A DNA stretch of 64,000 bases, taken from NCBI GenBank assembly GCA_044892525.1, contig CM097885.1, positions 162,502,001 through 162,566,000 of the forward strand. The letters are read 5' to 3'. Position 1 is the stretch's first letter. The number at the start of each line of letters is the position of its first letter. Of this stretch, positions 11,206 through 23,159 are shown one piece after another. The DNA is from Schmidtea polychroa. Taxonomy: Eukaryota. Made by a program: the position numbers and the translations under genes. The notes under the pieces are model-generated. The model was not told the origin of the DNA and did no database searches. It saw nothing but the letters and a program-made list of their open reading frames with translations.

Positions 11206-11512
11206 AATATAATAAAAACGTTTTCATTATTCATGAACGAAGTTGTTCCTAATTTCAGAAAAAAATTAATTTTTAAATTGTATATTGTATACAAAAATAA
11301 TAAGATATAGCTTCCGTAATTTTTTATAAATTTTATATTTCCCGTGTTTCATTTAATTTTATATACATAGCTATTTCGGAAATCTTATGACAACAATTTA
11401 TTAGTAATTTAAAACAAATCATTAATTAATTATTTAATTTCAATTTCTTCTCAAAAACAAAAAATAAAAAAGTACAAAACTTATTTTTTTAGCCAGTTCT
11501 TAACTTAGTACA

Positions 11513-12050
11513 TTGTTCTTAATAATAGAATGGCTGAAGTCAAGTTCTCTTTGATCGAGGCTCTTATATCACTCTTAATAATTTTTAAAGCAGAAAATAA
11601 CTTTTCAACACTAACTTGTGTCGATGGCATTGCAGTCGAATAATTTTTGGATATGTATCAATTGGGTTTTCAAGGTTCAATTTTGATAAACAGTCATATT
11701 TCTCAATCTCTTAAAGAGTTGAAAAATTCATTCCGAAATTTAATATTCTTCACTTCTAATGGTGTAAATTCTTGATTTTCTCTTGCATATAGACGTCTTC
11801 GCTTTATGCGTTCTAAATTGTTTAAATATACATTGAAGTATTTTTCGTTTGAAGATGAATCTGGATCTGAACAGTCACCAATGTTTATGTATGTATCGTC
11901 CTCTTCTCTTAATAATTCAACAGGTGTTGTGTCAGGATTTTCAGTTGTTTGTAAATTTTTATTTCGTAATGCTATTTTGTAAAGAGTTTCTTTTGCTTTT
12001 GCAATTTGATCATGACTGTAGTGTAGTGTTAATTTTTTTATTATGAAATT
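11513..12050 (-). mobile_element. hAT transposase C-terminal dimerisation remnant
   Basis: AMPSTQVSVEKLFSALKIIKSDIRASIKENLTSAILLLRTMY*. Confidence 0.8.
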
Positions 12051-12632
12051 GTAATTAGGATTTGTAATGTTTTGTTATTTTTATTATTATTATTTATATT
12101 ATATGAAAATATAAAAAAACTACCTCGTGTAATAATAAAGAATTGATGAACCAAAAGAGAAAAGGATTGTGGAAAACCAGGTTAGCGAAACAACAGTGAA
12201 AATGCAGGAAGTTATAACTCAAATAGCAGAAGTAATAATCGTGAAGGAGTTTAATATGGCAAGAAGCAACATATTGCGAACGAAAAGACCTCAAAATGGA
12301 AACTCAGCCAAAAAAAAGAAACGCAAACATTGGAATAAGATGCCGTAGTAAAGAAGACAATAACATTCGGTAGAGAAGAATTGGGGCTGTTGGGCTAGTG
12401 CCAAAAATTGAGAGCTTGTTTTAATGAGTCGGAAATACATAGCATAAAATCCGCACCAAGTTGAATTAAAATCTATGATTATACACCAAATATTACAAAG
12501 TAAAGTACACAACACATTGAGAACAAATAAAACACGTAGGGTTGCGTTGATTGTCTCTAAAAATAACAAAATCTGAGCTTCTTTGACAACGGTTTCATGG
12601 ATTTCTATTTCAGTATAAAATCTTTTAAGTCT

Positions 12633-14208
12633 TTAAAAATATTGAAACTCTTGTTTTTCCAAATCACGTTTGAAAATTTTCAACTTCATTTCAAATGCTT
12701 TTATAACGTTAAAAGCCTCGTCAACGGTTTTTCCAAAACCTTGCAACTTAGTGTTAAGTTCATTTAGATGTGAAGTAAAATCTGTAAAGAACATTAGTCT
12801 GCTGAGCCAGTCAACATCAGTTAACTCTGAATACTTCTGTTTGTTTACTTCCATAAACATTCGAATTTCATCAAGGCATTCCACGAAACGTTCCAGCACA
12901 CGGCCTCTGCTATTGTACATTAGTAACCCAGAGTGAACGGACTGGACTTCATTTAACAGCAGTTCAAATTTTTTCTTATTCAAAGCACGAGCAGTAATGA
13001 AATTTACAATTTTTGTTACAATTTTCATAACATCTCTAAGTTCCTTCAAACCGGATTTTGCACACAAGGCTTCTTGGTGCACAATACAGTGGGTGTCCAA
13101 CATGTTTCGTAAACAAATTCACGAAACCCGCATCTTTTCCAGTCATACTTGGTGCACCGTCAGTCGTTACAGAGACTATTTTATTTACGTCAAAATCTGC
13201 ATTTTTAAGTTCATTCACGACTTTTTGGCATATTTCAGCACCCGTTGTTGTTCCAGATATTTTGGTTAGTTTTATTAGTTTCGTTTTCTTTCAAATATCT
13301 AGCAATGATGGCTAATCGAGCAGACGATGTTACATCAGTACTCTCGTCCAGGCAAATAGAGAATGCCTGACATAACTTGATGTCTTCTTTTAATTGATTC
13401 TCAATGTTTGAATTCAAGTTAATTATTCTCTCTTTTACTGTATTTCGACTAATTGGCAGATCTTTTATTCGCTGAAAATTTTTTTCTTTATTTGGAAAAT
13501 CTTCAAACAAATATGTCACACATTCTAACCAAGTTTCTTTGATGTAATTACCATCACTGCTTAGCTATTATTTTGGAAACTTCGAAACTTGCAGACACTA
13601 AGTTAGATGTACTTTTAACAAACTTTACAAACGAACAGGATTGTAAATTTTCATTTTTTAACTGGCGCAATATATATTCTTTTTGTTCATCTTCGCTTTT
13701 GCCAAGAAGCCACTTGTGATTACTTTCATAGTGGTTTAACTGAAGATGTTCGACAAACAACGCTTTCAGAACACAAGATACACAATGCCTTACTTTGTTT
13801 GTTGATTACTCCATATCGTTCAGTCCACCGATCTTGGAATTCCCTGCCACTTCCTTCTTCTGAAAGTTTTATTTTTTTTGCTTTGAACACATTTTATTTA
13901 TCAAAATTTCTATTTCTAAATTATTAAATATTTATAAAAAAATTCAATCTTTCACAAATAATAATGTCAACAAGATGTCTGCATCATCAAATTCGTGCGC
14001 ATCTTAACTTGTTTATTTTTACTTGTAATACAAATGCGGAATATACAAAAAAATGATAGAAAATAATTTATAGATTTAATCATAAAAAAATATATATTCT
14101 GCCATCTAAAATTTACACAAATTTGTTTTATCTCAAATGTTTGGCGAGCCACACAAAATCGTCTCGCGTGCCACTTTGGGTACGCGTGACATAGGTTTGC
14201 CAGCGCTG
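12633..14208 (-). mobile_element. hAT Buster/GTF2IRD2-like transposon, 3'-truncated, frameshifted transposase
   Basis: TIR CAGCGCTGGCAAACC at 14208 with nnnTAnnn flank; ALCILC zinc finger, LDESTDVTSSA, TTDGAPSMTG, HCIVHQEALCAK, HLNELNTKLQG in several frames. Confidence 0.9.
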
Positions 14209-14707
14209 ATTTAGACCAATGTAATCGGCTACTGAAGCTGTTATAATTAGTAAAGTTATAAATTCAGATCAGTCGAGAATCATGAAATATTGTTTTATCC
14301 ATCAGTATGATCATCAACCAGACATGGTGATCAGGGATATTGCTCATTTTAAAATTCGTTTATCCTTTCCAGTTCAATTCAATGATAAACTTTCTTTTAT
14401 TGCTTTACGATTTTTCATAACATACCTTTGTACATCATTTACAATAAAGAAATTGGTTTAAAATACAAATTATATAATAAAATATACAAAATAAATTAAC
14501 CAATTAAATAATTATAATTACAATTGACATATATTATTAATATTATTACAGTTATATCTTTCAGTGTGATTAAATATACTGTATTAAATCAAAATGAATT
14601 TTATTAAGCAAGTTTTTATTTTGATCAATAATCATTTGCTTGACTCCAAGTTTATAAGCCAACAAAGTCTGTCCTCAAGTTTGACAATCTTTTGAAATTC
14701 CAACTAC

Positions 14708-14913
14708 AAATTCTTCTGCAAGTCGCCTTGCATTCATATAATCCAGACTCCTCTCCTCGATAATTCTCTTAGCGATGACGCTATTAATAAAAGTTTCGAA
14801 AGCATTATAATCTCTCCAAGTTGTCTCAATACGAAGCAATGGAGTAACAATAGCCCGATGATAGATTCGACGTGTGCAATTATCTTTTGACTTTCAGCAT
14901 ATTGAGTTTTAGC
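14708..14913 (-). pseudogene. CSTF3: CstF-77 (CSTF3/suppressor of forked) gene fragment with a 1 bp frameshift
   Basis: TQYAESQKIIA + RRIYHRAIVTPLLRIETTWRDYNAFETFINSVIAKRIIEERSLDYMNARRLAEEF versus recalled human [66 protein letters not shown]. Confidence 0.85.
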
Positions 14914-14990
14914 CTTCACAATAGTGTTGTAATAAGCACTGTGTTATCAGTATTTAGCTTGCTGAGTCAATTGTATCATTGTGAAAATAT

Positions 14991-15895
14991 TGTTGGGGTT
15001 CAACAAGAGAGGCACAAAAATGAGGTGAAAATTGACAAAAACACCAAATTCAGAATAAAAATTTAAAGTACAAAATATTAATTAAAAATCAAAAATTTTA
15101 AAAAATGAATATTTTCTGGGGGAAACTGGTATGGGCGGATGCGAAATAATGAGACGAGTTCAGCTATAATAAAATAAAATCAATGGGGGGTCCCTAAAAG
15201 GAATAAATTACAAAAAACAAAAATTAATTAGAAATTAATTAACTAATGGAAAACCCGAGCTAATGGGAAACCTGAGCTAATGGAGAACCCGAGCTAATGG
15301 GAAACCCGATACAATGGAAAACCCGAGCGAATTGAGAAATCCAATTTCGGGAAGGCAATTAATTTAGCCGGAGAAATCCAATTGCGGGAAGGCAATTAAT
15401 TTAGCCGGATAAAATAAAAGAGCCGTCAAAGAAAATGAACAAATTCCCTTCAATTAAATTAGATCTCCAAGAGGAAGCCCGGGGGGAAATAGGACCAAAG
15501 ATAATTGGCAAAAATAAAGTCAATTATTAAACGAGTATAAAAGCAACTGGCAAGAAAACAAAATGCCAGTTGGTCGAAGAAAAGAAAATAGAAGTTTGAA
15601 GAGAGCGAAAAGGGAAATATTAAAGTTAGTAGAAATTAAACCATTTAAAAATCGAACGTACCAGAAAGGGACATCTCCCGTTGGAAGATCTACCCCTGCG
15701 TGAGATTTGTTAATAAATTGAAAAGTGCAGACAAAACCTGATTGTATCAAGTGTGAGTAAACTAATACAAGTGTAAAAGTGTAACTGCATCAGTGTCAAT
15801 AAAGATTTTGTGTTGGGTTATTTATTTATTTATTTATTTGGAAAAGAACACAAAGGAGTCAGACCGTAGTACCGACTTGCATTAAAAACCCAACA
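14991..15895 (+). repeat. 5' LTR (905 bp, TGTTGGGG...CCCAACA)
   Basis: About 99% similar to 24326-25199; five 17 bp and two 37 bp internal tandem units. Confidence 0.95.
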
Positions 15896-15899
15896 TATT

Positions 15900-15917
15900 T
15901 GGTGAGCCCGACGTGAT
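15900..15917 (+). promoter_or_regulatory. Primer binding site, tRNA-Trp-like (TGGTGAGCCCGACGTGAT)
   Basis: One mismatch to the recalled tRNA-Trp PBS TGGTGACCCCGACGTGAT; 4 nt after the LTR. Confidence 0.8.
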
Positions 15918-16211
15918 CAAAAGTCGGTGAAAATTTGTTGAAATTGTGATAATATTTGAGTGATACCGAAGAATAAAAAGATCGGTGAAAATTTGTTGAG
16001 ATTAGTAAAGTATCGGAAAAATTTGGAAAAAGATAATAATAATTAAATAAATAAATATTGAAGTGAAACGTTTATTTGAAAGTGGTGAACATTTATTTGA
16101 GAATTATTAAAGTGGTGATTTTATAATTGAAGCAAAGTGGAAAAATTTGTAACGATTGATTGTTGAAAAGTCAAAATTAAAACGAAAGGTAAATTTTGTA
16201 ATTGTAACACT

Positions 16212-18425
16212 TTGAATTTTAGACGAGTAAAGCCTGTGTTGACCCGATCATTTTATAAATTGAGAAGCCAAACACTAATAGAGAATTTAATGAGTACCCA
16301 AAGACTAACCAATAATAAAAATAACAACGACGAAACACCTGTGTCCACGGTGGGCAACGGCAAGGAAGGCAATGATTATGCGAGTTGTCAAAAACTACCT
16401 GTGGATCAGTACGGTGGAGATCCGCTGGAATTTGTCGATTTTATGGCAGATTACTATATGTATGCGACGGCCTATGGATGGAGCCAATCGATAATGGTGC
16501 AAAGATTACCGCTATACCTAAAAGGAGCAGCCAGAGAAGCGTGGCAACAAATTGATAAAAGAATAGTAGCAAATGACTGGACCAAGTTGAAAGACGCGTT
16601 AGCCACGAAATTAATCGGAGGGGATATCAAACGGATAATGCGACAGAAATTCTATAACCGCGTACAAAAGCCAGAGGAATCGGTAAGTGAGTTTGCTTAT
16701 CATTTATCAACTCTTGCAGAGAAAGCGTTCGAAGTGAAACCAGAACAGGCCGAGATGGCAAAGCAGGTAAAAGAATTATTGCAGGATCAATTCTTGTCAG
16801 GAGTAAAGAAAGAAATTAAAAAGGCTTTATGCTATGTTGATTTTAATGACTTTGATGAATTGATCAAAAAGGCAATGAAAATTGAGATAATTTAAAAAGC
16901 ACACAGTCAAAATCAGAGTCGTTTGCAGTCATCTCAGGCGCAAGCGAAAGATCAGTAACCCCAATTAGAAACAATCGTTTTCAACAAACAAGTAGTCCAT
17001 CACCAAAATTTAGATCCAAATTTGAGTCGAACAAGTCAACAGATATTCAAACAGATGGAAAGGAAGGTCCCATCCAATGTAGTCATTGCCAAAGGATTGG
17101 ACACCATGTTAACCAATGCTGGTTTAAAAATAGAGTACAGAGAAGCCCAATTCCGATTCAGTGTGATAATTGCCAAAGAATGGGACATGACAGCAATCAA
17201 TGCTGGTTCAAAAATAATGTACAACGGAGTCCAAGGCAAATGTGGCCTGATTGGTTAAAAGGAAATGGTGCGAAAAGTTTCACTAAAGCGAACATTAATG
17301 AGCCGAGAACTAATGATAACTTACAATGCTTTAATTGCGGAAGAAAAGGGCATGTGTCACGAAATTGTTTTGCCAGGTCAAGATCAACATCAACATCACC
17401 ATCACCGCAGAGAGATAAAGTAAATCTACAAGGACAAATTCAATGTCATTCATGCAGAAGTTATGGACACATGGCTAGATCATGTCCAAGAAATATGGAT
17501 AAATTCCAAAGGCCCATATTAAAGAAATCGATTAGGTTTCAGAGTGACAAACCGCAGATGGATAATGTAGCTTTTATTCAGCCAGATAATTTTAATGAAA
17601 GAATTGAAAGCGAAGTGAGAGAAATGGGTCGACGTTTGGATCGATTGATGTCAAAGTTTGAATCAGAAGAGGACTACAATAATCACATGATGTATGAGTC
17701 GCAAGAGGAATTGAATGAAAAAGAGTCGAAAAGGAGAGTTATAAAAGATGATTTAGAAAGTGAAAAAGCAACAATGATAATGACCAGAATCGAAAAACTA
17801 ATTGGAAATAATGAAATAGAGTCGGCTAAAGTGATCAAATCGTTGAGAGAATTAAGTCAAATATCTTTGAGTACGAGAAAGATAAAAAGTGTAATTAGCT
17901 TGTGCGTTAACTACTATAATATGAATCCAAAGTATAAAAAAGAAATTAAAGAACTAATGAAAATATTTGGAAAAGCTTTGAGAGAGAAAACTGGGTTAGA
18001 TTCCATCTTGGTGGAAGTAGTAAACGAGATTGATAAAAGTGTATTATGTTGTCGTTGTGAGGCAAATGATTGTGTAAATGATTTAAAGAATAAATTAAAA
18101 GAAAAAAAGGAAGGATGCATGATAGAGTTGAGATTTAATGAGAGATTGTTAGAAAATGACGAATTTTTGGTAGATTGTGGATTTATTCCAGGAAGTACAA
18201 ATGAATTAAAAATGGAAAATGTAATTACTAGTGATGAAATAATGAGTAGTAAAATAATAGACAAAAGGAATTCAAGGGAGATATTAGAGGAATTAAATGA
18301 TGCGTTATATATTGGAGATGAAGATGAAATCAATGAGAAGTTACAGATTATTGAGAAATTAGAAAGGGAGGACAACGATAAACTAAAAATAGTGAATGCA
18401 ATACGACCATATTTACATGTGAAAA
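16212..18425 (+). mobile_element. gag with four CCHC knuckles and long C-terminal extension; frameshift at about 16890; deleted at the protease start
   Basis: Capsid-like QKFYNRVQKPEESVSEFAYHL; knuckles CSHCQRIGHHVNQC, CDNCQRMGHDSNQC, CFNCGRKGHVSRNC, CHSCRSYGHMARSC; ends RPYLHVKT then switches to unrelated sequence. Confidence 0.9.
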
Positions 18426-18780
18426 CCAGCCGCTTCCTCTTGGGCTTATCCTTCGCGGCCGGAGGGTAAATGGCTGCCAACTCCACGGACAACGGCCGGA
18501 TTTGACTTATGGTGGCTCCGTGAACCGCTTGTTCATTGCGTTCGGTTTCTAACGCGCGGAGTTGGAGTTTCAAGGCCCGGATCTCCATCTGATCCTGCGC
18601 GTTTTGAGTCTGCAATTGGAGGACCTGTGTCAACTTCTTCCTCATATCTTGAGGACTAAACCAGGTGCTTTCTAGTTCACGGCACCGTCCCTTGAGTTTG
18701 TCCACTCGTATACGCAGCTCCTCGGCCTGTTTTTGGGCTTCTTCTCTGTCCTTTCGTAGATTTTCGCATAGTTTGATCAC
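18426..18780 (-). pseudogene. LTR accessory protein copy 2 (coiled coil, ESTWFSP), 3'-truncated by the deletion junction
   Basis: LRIRVDKLKGRCRELESTWFSPQDMRKKLTQVLQL aligns with LHLYIGELKKRIDLYEGTWFSPPQMKEEKSKILRL; ends in basic KPKRKR. Confidence 0.7.
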
Positions 18781-18985
18781 TAGATAAATTACAACGATTA
18801 CTGGCTTGCAGCATTCCCCTTGTTCAATATAATAAGGTCAATATCATGCATAACGATACTTTAGCTATTAAATAAGAAATTTATTCAAAAGATATTTTAT
18901 TAAAAAGAGTAACACATGATCCTCAACCAATTTGATTATTTGTCACAATACACGCAATTATAGTAAGTCAATAGTTGGTCCTTGA

Positions 18986-19351
18986 TCACCCTCGGCATTT
19001 GCGGGGCCTCCCTCTCTTTCGTGGGGATGCTATGGCCTCCTCTAGCTCCTCCACGGGCACTCCTTCTCTTTTCGCCCGGATTTGTTACTCGATCTTCCTG
19101 AGTCGCATCTGAGCGGCTTCCACCTCCCAGGCCGCTTGGTCTCGGGCCTCCTGCAGCCGGTTATTCTCCGGTTCCACCTTCACCCACGCCGGGGCATCTA
19201 CTTCGGGGCCTGTCCGGATTACTCGTTCCGTACAATCTAGGTCCCTTCCCTGACCCCACCGATGTATATGGTGCCAGATGTAACGGGTCCGGAGGCGGGT
19301 AATCGTCTGTCGGTGGTTTTCTTCATCGCTGAACTCATCTGATTGGGACAT
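18986..19351 (-). pseudogene. Unknown small AT-hook protein ORF with one internal TAA
   Basis: After acceptor cag|at ATG: MSQSDEFSDEE...LRKIE*QIRAKREGVPVEELEEAIASPRKRGRPRKCRG*. Confidence 0.55.
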
Positions 19352-20284
19352 ATCTGTAGTACAAATATTAACGATCATAACCAATGTGGAAAATATACCC
19401 AAAATAAATAATACTTTAACTACCAAAGTTACTATAAGTAATGTAACTACTTTTAACATGAAATTTTTTATTTAATTTATCGATAAAATTCTTAATCAAT
19501 TAAAAATAAAAAAAACATTTATCTAGATTAAGCATTAATGTTGAAAGGTCCATACCTCGACAAAAAAAAATTCCCTCACTGTCATATTTGTTTAAACTTA
19601 CTATTTCACTATTTATCATTTATTTACCACGAGATGGTAATTTAAAAATCTTTATGTTAAATTTTGTCGAATTCCCGGGAATTAGTAAATTACTACTGAA
19701 TTCGGGCACATCGGGTGATAGGTATTAGTGGCGGGCTTAGTTCTCGTTTACTTACCTCTCCTTGATCGTGCTCGTCATGAGTGGTACAATCGACCTTTAA
19801 GCAGCTCGGGTAATTTATTTATTTACCGCAAATTTTCATTTCTAGGAATGCTGGGTGATGATTTTTCTTGGCTGGAGATAGACGAGTTTAGCTTTGGGAG
19901 ATCGTCGTACGACTCCTCGTTAGGGATTCTCTTTTGGAATTCGTAGTAGTTTTGTATTTATAATTTATTAATCACAATAAAGAAATCTTGGGTATTTTAG
20001 TAATAGTGGTTTGATTCTCTAGTAAACAAATGATATGATTACGATTCATTAATGATTTAGATAGGTATCTCATAGGTTTTGATAATATACTTCCACCCCT
20101 ATCTCCAATTTACTTAGATAGTGTTAACATTTTCTAGAGGGGGGTTACTAAAAATAACTTTTAAGGATTTCGCTCCTTCTTATTGGATCTAAAGGGTTGA
20201 TACTAAATTTGTCTTGGGGCAAATCTTAAATCGATATTTCGATTGGAATATTGATTTTGGTGAGCAATAATTGCTGATAGAGAT

Positions 20285-20415
20285 AACAATAATAATTGTA
20301 ACAATAATAATAATAATAATAATACCATGGTAACAATAGTAGTAATAATAGTAATAATAATAACAAATAATAATAATGGTAATAATAACACTAATGATGA
20401 TGGTTATAATAATGA
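20285..20415. repeat. Degenerate (AAT)n microsatellite
   Basis: Runs of aataat/aacaat/agtaat. Confidence 0.8.
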
Positions 20416-20613
20416 ATATAATTATTTCAATTTGTAATTCATGACTCTAGCAAGATTTTTATAGCCCTAATTCTAACGTCGTATGCTTCGTTGCAGGTCA
20501 TTATCGCTATTTGTACTTTGTGTATTTATAGCCAAGTATTAAATATAACTATCTATAATTCGTATTTATACCTATTTATAGATTATATTTATAATTTATA
20601 TCAAATAACTTTC

Positions 20614-21020
20614 AACCATAACCATTGGGGATTTGTAATTATAATTTATAGATAACATTTATAATTTTATCATTTGTGCTTTTAAGGTTGAAGAGATTAT
20701 TAAAGAGATTCTTTCATTTTTATAGAGTAAAATTTAACCATAACTATTGGGAATTTATAATTATAACTCATATATAACATTTTATCATCGATGTTTCTAA
20801 TACTGAAGCGATTATTAAAGAGATTCTTCCATTCTTATAAGGTAAAAGTTAACCATAACCCTTGGGAATTTCTAATTATAATTTATATATAACATTTTTA
20901 TCATTTATATTTCTAAGATTAAAGGGATTATTAAAGAGATTCCCCTTCATTATTATAAAGCAAAATTTTCCCATAACCATTTGGAATTTATAATTATAAA
21001 TCATATATAACATTTATATC
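20614..21020. repeat. Tandem array, about 3.5 copies of a 115-122 bp unit
   Basis: Units start AACCATAAC at 20614, 20736, 20851 and about 20969; each full unit carries GATTATTAAAGAGATTC. Confidence 0.85.
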
Positions 21021-21584
21021 TTTGTGGTTAAAAATCTATCTATTATCCTTACTAGGTTACCTATTTAGAGTTAACATATACATACATAACTAGATTTATA
21101 TTTTCTGATCTATATACACTTGCTTATGGTCTATTTTTATAGTTAAGATTTATCCGTGTTGTTCATTTATCATTTACCCAAATGTATTAGAGTAGGATTC
21201 CTGATCAATTTGTAATTTGTTTCTGGAGAATTACATTTATGATATCTACATTTACTTTAATTAGCCTATCTAAATTAAACTATACTTATACACATGCCGA
21301 CGATCCTTCTCATTTTATTACTTTACTGTAAATTCTTATTTCAAATTCTAGTTCGGCATCTGTCTAAGTATACTTACAATTACTATTAAGGGTCAACCAG
21401 CTACATGAGTGTGAGTGCAGGATTGTGTCATTTTAGGTACGAGTTCTACTCAATTTAGAACCTTAATGTAGAGTTTTTGTTCGTGATTTTGAATGTGGAT
21501 TTTACATGTGTATTAACTGAAAGTCGGGAAGAATATTGCTTCCATGGCCCCACTGTGACCACTTCCACAAACCTTAGTGTTGTG

Positions 21585-22828
21585 TGTTGAGTCAACCATT
21601 TACGGTCGACCTTACATAAATACAAAGAGTCAGACGGAGGGTTTCCTCGACCTAACTCCATGGCCGGACCATGAAGTAGTTCGACCCCCGAAAGACCCGA
21701 ACAAAAAAAAGGATGATATAATATTAGATTGCTATAATATTGATAATGCATGTGCTATAAAAATTAGATGCAGGACCGAACGACGACGCAGGAATACCAG
21801 TACGCCGTCGAACCTTCGTACATCACTGGAGAAAATCAAAAGCAAGAGACATCAAAAAATGCAATTACTTCGATTCCCCTATATAATTGATAATAAATTG
21901 AAAAGTGATTCACCAATGTAATAAACTCAACAAATAAAATACTCATAAATTGAAAAGGTAATTCATTAATGTAATCAACACATAAAATAATCATAAAAAA
22001 AAATAATTCATTAATATAATAAAAATCAACAAATAAAATGATAACTAATTTAAAAAGTACTTCATTAATGCAATAAAAAAAATCAACAATTCTTACTATT
22101 CTCGTTGGCAATACTTTCTGCAAAAATTGGCATAAAAATAGTGATTGATTGTGACTGAAACGTGTCAGTATATATACCTATTTTGTACACGTGTATGTAT
22201 TGATGCATTAAAACAAACTTGAATTCTTTTTATTCCAGAACTTTCTATTTTGTAATTTCGATATTTTTAATAGCAATTTTTGTGCCATAATTTTTGTTTT
22301 TATTTTTATATTTTTATTCTTTAATTATTTTTCATTAATTTTACGTCCATGATGGATTTGGAACGGTTCCAGAACATTCTATTTCACTTTTAATTTAATT
22401 TTTATTTTAATTGGTGTTTTATGGATTTCTTTTTACGAATTTTCATTTTTATTACTAATTTATTGATTTTGTCTAAATTTTTTTGTTTAAGATAGCTTTT
22501 ATGATGGTCATCGCCATTTTTATGGAATGTTCTGGGTTTTTCTGGAATTTTTTACTGTTCTTACCAGCTTTTAAGTTATTCGAGTTTGTTTCTTGTAACT
22601 CTATGTTTATTTGATCATTTTTTGAGTTAGATTTTGCATGACTTCTTGCTTTTGGTATGATTTTATTTAATTTCGGTGTTTATGCTTTTGTTGTTTTCTC
22701 CTTTAATTAATATTGTTTATTTGATGTAATTTTAATATTTAACTACACTTTTTGTTTTTGCATGTTGTGTACCTACACCTTTCAGTCACAATTCAAGTTT
22801 GGGTCTAGAAGTCAGTTCTAGCCCAACA
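21585..22828. mobile_element. LTR-like segment of another family (terminus CCCAACA at 22828)
   Basis: TGTTGGG on minus starts exactly where the KLHL20 frame breaks; candidate other end TGTTGAGTC at 21585; no matching TSD found. Confidence 0.45.
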
Positions 22829-23159
22829 ATAGCTTTAAAATAAGGACTACATGCAGATAACACAATTCTATGGGCTAAGATTTTTTTTTGACCAACAATC
22901 AAGGCTACGTCACATAATTCGCCGTGTTTTCTTAGTTGATTAATGGATTCCAAAGTAATTTTTGGGTGCTTCTCAGAGAAGTAGCATAATTTGTTAAACG
23001 TATTAGAATTGAATGCACCCCCAGAACATTGATTTCCAGTAATAATCTTTTTCTCATTTTGTTACTGAATTAAAAAAATATGAAGAAAAATAAAATTTCT
23101 TACCTATTAATGAAAAAAAAAGCAGCCAATCAGAAGCCATTTAGTGCATTGGCTAGAAT
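22829..23159 (-). pseudogene. KLHL20: KLHL20/diablo 5' fragment (UTR exon, 39 nt intron, first half of BTB domain)
   Basis: [51 protein letters not shown] versus recalled human [51 protein letters not shown]; GT-AG intron 23065-23103. Confidence 0.9.

Noticed and set aside
15243-15330. 17 bp repeats as a CRISPR array
   Set aside because: Head-to-tail with no spacers, inside a eukaryotic LTR.
15520-15750. Identical 76 aa ORF at 15520-15750 and 24824-25054
   Set aside because: Antisense to the LTR, TTG start; duplicated only because the LTR is.
17914-18425. C-terminal half of the 288 aa ORF 17914-18780
   Set aside because: It is the antisense of gag, fused by the deletion junction at about 18425.
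19352-19459. N-terminal transmembrane segment of ORF 19085-19459 (env-like?)
   Set aside because: AT-rich intron-like sequence ending in a cag acceptor just before the ATG at 19351; no env motifs.
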